Of a stretch of DNA of 64,000 nucleotides, positions 52,957-64,000 are shown in pieces. This stretch comes from Octopus vulgaris (Eukaryota): positions 620,001 through 684,000 of the forward strand of contig OX597836.1 in NCBI GenBank assembly GCA_951406725.2. Reading direction: 5' to 3'. The stretch's first letter is position 1, and the number at the start of each line of letters is the position of its first letter. The notes below the pieces were generated by a model. It saw only the letters and a list, made by a program, of their open reading frames with translations. It was not told where the DNA came from and ran no database searches. The position numbers and the translations under genes were made by a program.

Positions 52957-55687
52957 AACACAGACACACCATCACACAAAAACACACACATAGACACACC
53001 ATCAATTTCTCTCTCATTCTCTCATCCTCCAACCACTACTTTAGCTCTCACATAATTTGGGAACTGACAAATTGATCGTGAACTGTTTTAACACCAAGAT
53101 CAATAAATAATTTAGTCCAGCCAAGTAACATTTTCCTGATAAACTTACAAAAATTACTGACTACAAACACACACTCACTTGCAAAATCATGTATGTACAT
53201 GCAAAATAACTGCATGTTCGTATGTGTGTATATATGAACATATTCATGTACTTTGTATATCGGGAAGATATGAATTAATTTGATCGGAAATTCATTGAGT
53301 AAATTGATTCCAACATATTACTTGCATTTATTTTAGCAAATTTTTGAGTATATAAAGCAGTATCAAATCAAATAGGATTTAAATTCAGGTGATCAAAGGG
53401 CAAAATTGAACTCTGGAAAATTTTAACATGAACAATTTAGCATTTCATGTTACACACACACAGACTTGTTGTGCACACACACACACACACACATACACAC
53501 TCGTGTGCACACACACACACACATACATGCACACACACACACACACACACACACACAATACAAAATATACATTTTTATAATATAGGTGTAAACATTTCTT
53601 CTGACATTTTGAACTTGGTTGTTCACCTAAGTATCATGAAGCTATAAAGTGCAAAGAATTTGTGTTCATGCCAGAAAATTAAAAACACAGAGTTAAAAGG
53701 GATAGGTAATGAAGAAAGTGCTCTCCCTTATCCCATGTGTCCCCTATATCACTTTCATGTACCTGTTTCCCCAATTCTCTCTCAGTGCATACAAATGTCA
53801 ATCTCTCAACATTTAATGGGAAACTATTTAGATACAATCAGACTATTTTCCTCTTTTCATTTCTGAACATTATAGATTTTATACAGGAAATATTTAATAA
53901 TCATACAAATATTTTTGATTAATTGCCATCAGTTTCTTCAGTTGATGAACTAATTAAGAGTATTCCTAAACTTCCAAGGTCACCAACAAAAATACAAGTG
54001 TTGTATGAAAGGACAATATGTGTACCAAAAATTACCACTGTCAACAGCATAAACAATAAGTAACTGAATTTTATTTTCAGGAGATTCACAAACTTATAAG
54101 CCTCTAGATTTAGTTTCTGTAGTTTCTGTAGTCACACTCTGAAGTGGCTGTCAAGTATTCTCTTTGATTCTGAAATTCTTTCTACTACAAAGAAGTCAAC
54201 TAAAAGTCAGGGGCACCATTATACTACTGAGGCATCTTGATTAACCTGGGTTATTTGAGAGTATCACATCATCATCCTCATTTGATACCCTTTTTTCCAT
54301 GCTAGCATGTGTTGGATGGTTTGACATGAACTGATGAGCCAAAGGCCTGCACCAAGTTCCAATGTCTGCTTTGGCATGGTTTTTACAGCTGAAGGCCCTT
54401 CCTGAAGCCAACAACTTCATAGAATATACTGGGTGCTTTTTTACATGGCCCCAGTGCTGGGGAGGTCCCCAAGTACCTACAAGACAAGGCCCCCTAAACT
54501 GAATGGGCTATAGTGAGGTATAGTGATATGAAATTATAATAGAGGGTCAGGAGCCAATCTAACTACATTGCTAGTTACAAAACATGTATGCCTCATATTA
54601 TTCAAGCTACTTTTCTGAATGGTAGCTCAGCTAGTGGAGGATGTTTTTATTCTTTGTGATATCATCTGGCATTAGAATAGGAGTTTATAGACACAAGTTA
54701 TAGTTTCCAGTAAAATTCAGCTTTACTACATGTACAAACAAATCAGGTGGAGAAACTATATCTGTTGCTGGATTATAAGTGGAAGAACAATGCTCCTTCC
54801 AAAGTTGATCCCCTGAAGGGACAGCTTTATGCTAAGAGAAGAAAGAGCAGCAGAAGAGATTTCTTGTTACAGAGGAGCTTTATGACTACTTACATTTCAG
54901 AAGGGAGTGGGAGTGATTGGGTAGAGCTAGAAAGAGATAAAAAAATAGTGATGATGAGGTGTCATTGTGAATGAATGAGGCACAAGTTGGAGACAGAAGT
55001 CAGTAGGATAGAGGGACCAGGAGTGTGTGTGTGTGTGTGTAGGTGGAGATTGTAAGAAAGAATGGGGAAGTGAGAGATGGAGAATGGGTGATGAAAGGAG
55101 AAGTAGGCAACCACTGTAAAGATTGGGCAGGGTTGAAGGGTGGAAGTAGGGAATAGCTGATGATCAATGATTCAAGTGTTGAGGGAGGAAAGGGGAAGTA
55201 GGAGATGACAGACATTGGCAGAAGAGTGATGATGATACTATAGACAGGAGAAGGATGCCATATGATTGGGTAGCATACAGGTGTGGGTGGGGAAAAGAGG
55301 CAAGTGTAGCACATGAGGAAAGTGAGAGCTGTGTGATGGCAGAGAAGTAATTTGGCAGGTCAGTGGCAGTGGTGGTGGTGGTGGTGGTGGACTGATCAAT
55401 GAAAGTGAGGGTAGAAAGAACAGTATTAAAAGGTGAAGGATGGGTAACAGGTGAAATGAATCCAAGTAGTAAGAAAAGAAAGTAATACCAAGTTAGAAAG
55501 ATCCTGAATGGTGGCGGTGTTTTGAGGGGGAGAAAGAGAACTGGCTGAAGGCTCCAATTGTGCAAATGTATACACACATACAGTGCTACTAGAATTCAGG
55601 TTGATCAAGGTGGCCAGGTCTTCTCAAGAACTGCATATCACCAATCATACAGCAATAAGTGTGTGTGTGTGTGTGTGAGTGTCTGTA

Positions 55688-55735
<48 letters not shown>

Positions 55736-56869
55736 TACTTGGAGGAAAGAAACGAAACGACGCGAGGGCGCTCAGTCATGTATACACACATATAAAAAGA
55801 GAGGGAGACAGCGACCGTGTGTGTGTAAGCATGACTGTGGGGTTAAGATGTTCATTACACAACTACATGATTTCAGGTTGAGAGCTACTGCTACACAAGA
55901 GTGAAGGAGGCAAGTGACTTTTACAATAGCCTTGCATTGACCGGTCTCTTGTATTTATAAAAAATTAAAACAAAAATACAAAGATGAGGTAAAAACAAAA
56001 CAAACAGGGTGCGTTAAGTTGTAACTCAGGGAAAACTGGAAGAAGCCTTTAACATTTCAAGCATAAGTTCTGGATACAGCAGGAAGTGGCTCTTGCTGTA
56101 GAAAATCTGCCTCAACGAGTTCCATCCAACCCATGTTAGAATTGAAAAGTGGATATTAAAACGATAATGATATAATATATATGTATAGAGCATTATATAT
56201 ATATTTAAGTGGTTTTGTGTTCTCACATTACTCCAGTCAAAAGCTTGTCTACAAACTTCCTAATTTTTTTTATAAGAGTAAAGAAAGGAATCTAGCAATA
56301 AAAGAACCCCATTAATTATACCAAAGATTTGCTAATGTATGTTATATGCATATATAACATTAATGCATAAAATAAATACATCATATCATGCATATAATAT
56401 ACAAATATATATAATGTATATCTAATGTACAAGCATTTTATATAATACATAAATATATATTTTCATACAATATGTATCATATATACCATCTTATGTGTTT
56501 ACATATAAGCTTAATAAGTATATCATATATCATCCATATATTCATACATAAAAGCACATACATATTATTTATAATATATACTAGCTGCATATATATGCAT
56601 AGTATACCTAAAAAATATATCTATTAAATACAATATAAATAGTATATACAAGAACAATATATTTTTTATACTTAATGTATATACGTATATAATATATAAA
56701 TATGTATATATATATCTAAAATATATCTGTATATTTTAAATATGTAAGGTGTGTGTGTGTGTGTGTGTATGCACAAATATGTTAACATAATCTTATACAT
56801 TTATCACTATGTATGTATATATATATATATATATAACAGTATCAATAAAATAGATGGAAGGAGAAAAGA

Positions 56870-56930
56870 TTTTATTGGGTACAACACATGTTTTGACCTG
56901 TTCTAAGTCTCTTCGGGTACATGAACAAAA
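56870..56930 (-). ncRNA. Decayed hammerhead motif (U4C, G12A)
   Basis: Minus strand: UUUUGUU-CAU-GUAC-CCGAAGA-GACUU-AGAAC-AGGUC-AAAA-C-AUGU-GUU^GUAC-CC-AAUAAAA. The interrupted helix I has the same architecture as 23748-23850. Located between TA tracts. Confidence 0.55.
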
Positions 56931-57421
56931 AGTTTTACAAGAGATTTTCTCATTCAGTTTTACGTACCGCTATATGTCCATCATATGAAGTTCCTGCAAT
57001 TATCTACGGATAACAATAGGTAATCGAAACTGTGCTGGTGCTTTACTCATCATCTATTTATACATTTTGTATAATTTCTCCACTGTATATATATATATAT
57101 ATACATATACACACACATATATATACACACACAAACACACACACATACATACATACTTACATACATACATACATACATGCATGCATGCATACATACATAC
57201 GCACAAAACTCACAGGCCTGGAGTCACTCTGTTACTTCTACTAAATATTGATATATATATATATACATATATATTAAATCTGTACATACTTGTATTTGTA
57301 TGGATATATAACTATATGTATACATATGCTTATATATATATATATGTATGTATGTATACACACACATATATCGAGGTATATATATATATATGTATATATA
57401 TGTATACACACACATATAGCG

Positions 57422-57469
<48 letters not shown>

Positions 57470-57536
57470 ACACACACATATATCGAGGTATATATATATA
57501 TATGTTAATTTATGTATACACACACATATATCGATG

Positions 57537-57581
<45 letters not shown>

Positions 57582-57995
57582 ATTAGATGAAAATAATAAA
57601 GGCTGGTCTATGGGGTTTCCCTGGGCTTCATGTCCATAAAGTGCCTAGCTTTACAGCATTTCGTCGGACCTTAACAACCTTCAGCCTTAACTATCATTAT
57701 CTAAATACTCTACTGCTTCTCTTTTGGATTTATGATTTACTGACTACATATATATATATAAATATATATATATACATACATGGGTGAGTATGTATACACA
57801 GAAACACAGAGACACATATGTAGATTTATATAGATATCATGATGATGATTATCATCATCATTCCCATCCTGCTTCCCATGCAGAACAGCTTTTCTTTTAT
57901 CCAATTAATTATATTTTTCATATTGTTTTATTAACTTCGCATAGCTGGTTTGGAACTATAGAGATAAAATTTGAAAATAGTTGCATATGAAATGA

Positions 57996-58054
<59 letters not shown>

Positions 58055-58318
58055 ACGAATGAGAGAGAGAGAGAGAGGGAGGGAGGGATACAAAAGTATT
58101 ATAGATACATGTGTGATTGTATTCATATATATACATCTATGTACATGTAAAGATATATGCATACATAAATTTAGGAATAGACAAGCTCACACAATCATCT
58201 GCCTTTGTATTTACACATATTGGTACATTTGTATACACACAAATATAACAAATATCTATCTGTCTATCTATACATAAACATGCATACACACATATGCATA
58301 TATATATATACATTTGTT

Positions 58319-58520
58319 GAGCTGGCAGAATTGTAAAAACACCATACAAAATGCTTAGGGCATGTCTTCCTGCCAAACATTCTGAGTTCAAATTCAGCCA
58401 AGTCAACTTCGCTTTCCTCCTATTGGAGATGAAATAAATACCAGTATATCAATGGGGCCAATATAATTAATTTACCCCACTCATAAAATATTAAGCCTTG
58501 GACCTATTGTACAAAAATAA
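58319..58520 (+). mobile_element. Meta-type tRNA-derived SINE, plus orientation
   Basis: gagctggcagaattg...ttctgagttcaaattcagccaagtcaacttcgctttcctcc...aaataaataccag. Other plus copies at about 50275-50470 and 51700-51780. Confidence 0.8.
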
Positions 58521-58556
58521 TGTATATGATATATATACTATCTATGCCCACAAGTT

Positions 58557-58623
<67 letters not shown>

Positions 58624-58777
58624 TAATTATACAAACACACACACTGACTGTGGTCATGCTGGTGCATTGCCTATACATTATATATATGTATATATATATA
58701 TATTTATACATCAATATGTTAAATATATATAAATATTTTTATGTATATATTTATCATTCTTTAATAAGAATAGTATT

Positions 58778-58824
58778 GACTGTGACTTCGAAGTTTCATC
58801 CAACTCAGCGATTACCAGATAGTC
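58778..58824 (-). ncRNA. Relic hammerhead motif
   Basis: Minus strand: GACUAU-CUGGUAA-UCGCUGAGUUGGAU-GAAA-CUU-CG-AAGUC^ACAGUC. ACUUCGAAGU is a palindrome; the 5' core and helix II are degenerate. Confidence 0.3.
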
Positions 58825-59633
58825 TGATGGCAAAACTTCAAAATTCCTTGTCAATACTATTCCTGCTAAAGGATAAATTTATACTTTACCAAATGCATTT
58901 CGTAATTATTCAATTTAAAGTAAAATTGTTTTCGTTATAACATTAAAAAAAAATCATTAATATATTTATATATATGTCAATATGTATGTATAAACATATA
59001 AAATATATATACGCATATTTATATGTACATATATTTATGTGTGTGTATGTATGTCTATGTATGTATGTATGTATGTATGTATGTATGTATGTACGTATGT
59101 ATCTATCTATCTATATGCATGCACGCACACACACACACACACACACATACATGTTTGTATACGTATCTGTTTATATTTATATCTACATATATTTCATACA
59201 TCTGAAATAAATATTGCATTTTACATATATCTATTGACATAAACAAAAGGATGCATCTACCCATATGTAAACCTATACACATAGGTGCTTACATGCACAC
59301 ACTTGCACATATGTACACCATATGCAACATATTAGTATAATTTTTTAAATTGAAAGCTTTTGAAATAAATTATATGACATGGGATATTTTGTGTATCCCT
59401 ACGAATGAAAGATAACTCATGCCCATGTGTTTTCGCATTGTTTTCAATGTAACTTATTCACCTAAGTATAGTATACCTATAAACACACAAACACACACAT
59501 ACACTGAGATAAAGTTATAAAATAAATAAATTACATATGTACTTAATTAAAAATTAAAATAAATGGTAAAGTAATTGAAAACAAAAAGAAAAAAAAAATT
59601 CATACAGTGAGAAACAGAAATGTTAAGATTTAC

Positions 59634-59666
59634 CCAGAATGCACTTGGTAGATTTTCTTCCACCAT
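59634..59666 (-). CDS. Candidate alternative first coding exon MVEENLPSAFW (phase-0 donor, compatible with exon A)
   Basis: Minus strand reads caaATGGTGGAAGAAAATCTACCAAGTGCATTCTGG|gtaaat, in a unique island within low-complexity DNA. No homology recognised. Confidence 0.25.
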
Positions 59667-59755
59667 TTGTAATCCGAAATTGGGATAACTTGTTAATGAA
59701 GATGCTGATGTGTATATGTTCAATATATATATAGATGTATATATATATATATATA

Positions 59756-59800
<45 letters not shown>

Positions 59801-60594
59801 TTGTATATATGTAAATATATATATATATATATATGCTTTTCTTAAATCTAGTTTTAACTTTATTATTTTATACGTACATAAATTTTATTATTAATTCTTA
59901 TATATTTATTTATAAAATTGTATATGTGTGTTTGTGCATGTGCATGTGTGTGTTTGTGCATGTGTGGTTGTATGCGTGTGTGCGTATATATATACACATA
60001 TATAAATATATATGTGTGTATATATATATATATTTTTATCTACATATATCATATAAATAGATATATATTAAATTATTCAACTATTATAGTCCATCATGAA
60101 GCACTCGTATAAAAATATATATCTTAAATGCTAATTTAAAACTGGTGGGGTATGCTGTGAAGTGGTGTGGTGTTTGAAATATGGATTGGTGCAGTGATGT
60201 GAGAGGAGTGGATTCGTCTGTTAAGGTTGCTTACTTTGGTTTAATGTATTGTTTTTGTTGTGTGCTTGTTAATTGTTTTGGTAGTTTTTGTTGTCTTTCT
60301 CTAACTGATCACACTGAAAATGGGGAACGGATTATGTTGAACAGGTTGGTGGGAAGAGACAGGTAATACTCGAAACAAATTAACTATTTAGCATACATTA
60401 ATTATGTGTTTGCGCACACATGTATATGTACAATGCACATATGTGCAAATAATATTTTAATATGTACCTGTGTGTTTGTATGTTTACGTGAATGTGTGTA
60501 TTATGTATACATAGTATATAATATGTATCTATATATATATTCATATATAATGTGTATGTGTATATATAAATTTATAACTATATATAAAAATATG

Positions 60595-60639
<45 letters not shown>

Positions 60640-61434
60640 ACATGTAGGTGTATATATCAACGAGTGTAAATTTATATGAATATATTTATCTTTCTCTAAA
60701 AATATATATGTAATATATATATATATATATTGATGTGTATACATTTTTAAAGCATGCCTACCGAATAAGAATGAATATGGAGTGAAATGCTGAATGTAAT
60801 TTGATGTTTAAAATTTGAGCCTATTCTTAACTGAAAACCAAAAGGGAAAGCTCACACAGCTATCATGAGACTTAGGATAGCTATTTTATTACAAGAAACT
60901 ACACCCACCCCCATCAGCATCACAACTGGCAATATTACTGCCATTGCCAATGGCTGCAATCTACAATGGCAATAACACTATTATTGCTAATAAAATTACC
61001 AAACAATATACCTTCACTACCACAGTTACTCAAAGCATAAGACTATATTTACCACCAGAGCTGGAACACAAGAGACCTCAAACCCTGCAGACATGATGGG
61101 AATTAGCTGACCAGTTTCCACTAGTTGACTAATATATGCATCTATTGTTCAAAGTATTTTCTATGCAGTATATACACCTACCTGTGTACATATCTTACTA
61201 CCTGCCTACAAATTTACCAACATAACTACCTCACCCACTAAAATATATATCTATCTACCTCCAGGTTTCCTCAATAGGACATCAATAAAGAATATGAGAA
61301 GTTTAGTTCACTGATGATCTAAACCAATAGAAATGCTGTGTGAGTGCTATAATTTTGGTCATCCGTTTGGTTCCATTTTCAGAGCTGAGGCTGGAGCTAA
61401 GGATCCATAGCAGTGGGCTTCTGAGTCAGCAGGT

Positions 61435-61637
61435 ATATATTAAAGGGAAATGGAAAACAAAACCAAGGCAGAACAAGTATCTCAGGTCATTTAGAATATT
61501 TAATTAGGGTAAGATGAATAAAAAATGGAGAAATAGAATTCTCCTTTTTTGATTTACCTTACTCTAATTAAATATTCTACATGACCTGAGATACTTGTTC
61601 TGCCTTGGTTTTGTTTTCCAATTTGCTTTAATATATA
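61435..61637. repeat. Inverted repeat with ~80-bp arms and ~45-nt spacer
   Basis: ggaaaacaaaaccaaggcagaacaagtatctcaggtcat... is mirrored by ...atgacctgagatacttgttctgccttggttttgttttcc. Confidence 0.85.
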
Positions 61638-61794
61638 TATGTATATATATATATCAAGGGTATGAGAAGTAATGGCGTCAGGAAGACCCAACGGTCTCAA
61701 GTAATACTGAGTAAGTGTTATGGACAGACTATAGTTAAGCTCCAGGTTCGATAATGATACGAATGAGGAGTCCAACGTAGGCCATGTATTAGCA

Positions 61795-61844
<50 letters not shown>

Positions 61845-61846
<2 letters not shown>

Positions 61847-62256
61847 TGCAGGAGTGGCTGTGTGGTAAGTAGCTTGCTTACCAACCACATGGTTCCGGGT
61901 TCAGTCCCACTGCGTGGCACCTTGGGCAAGTGTCTTCGACTATAGCCTCAGGCCGACCAAAGCCTTGTGAGTGGATTTGGTAGACGGAAACTGAAACAAG
62001 CCCGTTGTATATATGTATATATATATATACATGTGTGCGTGTATGTTTGTGTGTCTGTGTTTGTCCCCCTAGCATCGCTTGACAACCGATGCTGGTGTGT
62101 TTATGTCCCCGTCACTTAGCGGTTCGGCAAAAGAGACCGATAGAATAAGTACTGGGCTTACAAAGAATAAGTTCTGGGGTCGAGTTGCCCGATTAAAGGC
62201 GGTGCTCCAGCATGGCCGCAGTCAAATGACTGAAACAAGTAAAAGAGTAAAAGAGT
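61845..62256 (+). mobile_element. Young, full-length tRNA-derived SINE with a CORE-like domain (Octopus OR-type)
   Basis: A box tggctgtgtgg, B box ggttcagtccc, ccttgggcaagt, internal TA/GT tract, (gtaaaaga) tail, CpGs retained. Partial or decayed copies at about 36930-37060 (+), 38120-38345 and 44015-44345 (-). Confidence 0.85.
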
Positions 62257-62259
62257 ATA

Positions 62260-62326
<67 letters not shown>

Positions 62327-62417
62327 TTATATATGTATGTATATATATGTATATATATATGTATATATGTATATATATATATGTATATATATGTATATAT
62401 ATATATGTATATATATG

Positions 62418-62490
<73 letters not shown>

Positions 62491-62517
62491 ATATATATAT
62501 ATATGTGTGTGTGTGTG

Positions 62518-62554
<37 letters not shown>

Positions 62555-62899
62555 CACACGAGAAGACTCATCAAGCTAAGTCAAATTGTAGTCATGACTG
62601 TTGCCAGTGTCACGTGAATGGCACCTATGAATTTGTAGAACCTCCTGCTTTCTGTTGCTTGAACTTCCTTTTATGGTTTTACAAGCTTCTTCTCATTCTC
62701 TCCTTTTCTCTCTCTTTCCCTCTTTCTCTCTCATGCTTTGGTTTTAAAAGCACCATCACCTTGTTTCTACTTGGAGAGCTTGGTCATTTGCATAACAGGG
62801 TAAGAGTAAACCTATCTGGAGCTTCAGCATAGACTGTTGTATTTATGGCAGGATACTGAAGAGGTGAAATGCACAATTGCAGGTTTCCAAATCTGAGCA

Positions 62900-63279
62900 C
62901 TGAACTGTTAATCATTTGTTAATGAAGTTAACATTTTCATTAACAATGTATCTTTTAAGATAACTTTGGAAATCATAGTCGGATTAATTAACTTTTGTTA
63001 CATTTAACTTCCATTAACTCAAGTCAACTTGAGTTAACTTCTGTTAACTTCAATTCAATTGAAATTAATGGATTTTATAGTTTTGGTACTTTTTAAAAGT
63101 GTTTTTAGAGCAAAAACTTTTTTTTTTTTCTATAATAAAAATTAACGTTAATGGTTTATTGATAACTTCTGTTACATTTTTAAAGAATTAACTGGTTAAT
63201 GGCTATTGCAGCTAACTTTTTGGTTAACGGATTAATGGTTAACAAAGTTAGCTATTCTATTAATGGTGCCCACCCTTGC
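62900..63279. mobile_element. Non-autonomous hAT-like element with reiterated TTAAC/GTTAA subterminal motifs
   Basis: Many gttaa/ttaac motifs in both orientations, ending in a TIR-like tgcccacccttg. Confidence 0.5.
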
Positions 63280-63559
63280 CTGTTTCTACCATTGTTATAT
63301 AATAATTTCAGCATTTTTCTGAAACAAGTAAATGCCTTATAAAGCTTTAAATACCACACCTGTTTTCTGCTTCTTATTTTCATATGTATATCTATAAATA
63401 GCTATATTTTATAACTGTTACATGGACAATAATATTTCATGCAGAAAAGTGTTTAATATTTAATGACATATATAAGTGATAATCATGAAGTGAAACCAAA
63501 TGTGGCACTCTGCACTGCTTCTGAACATAATGCACACAATCTATGTATATATATATATA

Positions 63560-63718
63560 TATGTATGGATCAAAACAGTTAGTACTCTTGAGTTTCAAGC
63601 ATGATGCTAGTTGTCAGCCATTTTGAATTTAAATTCAAAATGGCTGACGACTAGTATCATACTTGAAATTCAAGATTACTAACGAATTTGAATCAAAGTG
63701 TTTTAATCCATACATATA
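63560..63718. mobile_element. Palindromic MITE-like element next to a TA tract
   Basis: Loopless palindrome centred at 63630/63631 (gaattt|aaattc) with ~53-bp arms and 5 mismatches; outer repeats atatgtatggatcaaaac / gttttaatccatacatat. Confidence 0.75.
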
Positions 63719-63738
63719 ATTCCCAATAAATTGTCTAC

Positions 63739-63782
<44 letters not shown>

Positions 63783-64000
63783 TTTATATATTTAACCACA
63801 CACACATATATACATATCTATATGCATATATTACACACATATATATGTATATATATATATATATATACATGTATTTGCACACACACACACATACACACAA
63901 ACACACAATATATAAATATACAAACTAGCCAGTCCCCTTATGCAGATTATCTAACAATTTGTAGTAGTTTGTTATACTTTACACAAGTCAAAAATTGTAT

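Noticed and set aside
57595-57690. CUGAAG...CGAC-GAAA hammerhead-like motif on the minus strand
   Set aside because: A9 is missing and no NUH triplet is followed by a helix I partner.
61845-61915. tRNA gene
   Set aside because: A and B boxes are present but run directly into SINE body sequence; it is a tRNA-derived SINE head.
553-63928. Most ORFs in the supplied track (poly-N, poly-[13 protein letters not shown] peptides)
   Set aside because: They are translations of AAT, TA and CA microsatellites or SINE sequence, with no domain content.

Overview
Eukaryotic, very AT-rich, microsatellite-dense genomic DNA. The SINE families and repeat landscape look like a coleoid cephalopod, most likely Octopus (inference). 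The window lies almost entirely in the introns of one minus-strand gene, an RBPMS/couch potato (cpo)/MEC-8-type RRM protein. Three phase-0 GT-AG exons (43220-43143, 15588-15535, 9593-9531) splice to [65 protein letters not shown]. The introns hold CR1/L2-group LINE fragments, Tc1/mariner relics, a Helitron helicase fragment, hAT-like MITEs, a probable solo LTR and many tRNA-derived SINEs. Almost all ORFs in the supplied track are microsatellite artefacts. The most striking unannotated signal is about ten minimal type I hammerhead-ribozyme motifs: two with a fully canonical core, several with a compensatory U3-A8 core, and several decayed. Most have a palindromic or near-palindromic helix III whose sequence varies between copies. 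They are carried by short non-coding elements in or beside (TA)n tracts, some forming fold-backs, consistent with non-autonomous Penelope-like/retrozyme-like elements. Most read in the sense of the host pre-mRNA. A second candidate is an 18-nt perfect antisense match to a coding exon 38 kb away, a possible ADAR editing-complementary sequence. All structures were folded by eye and no activity is demonstrated.
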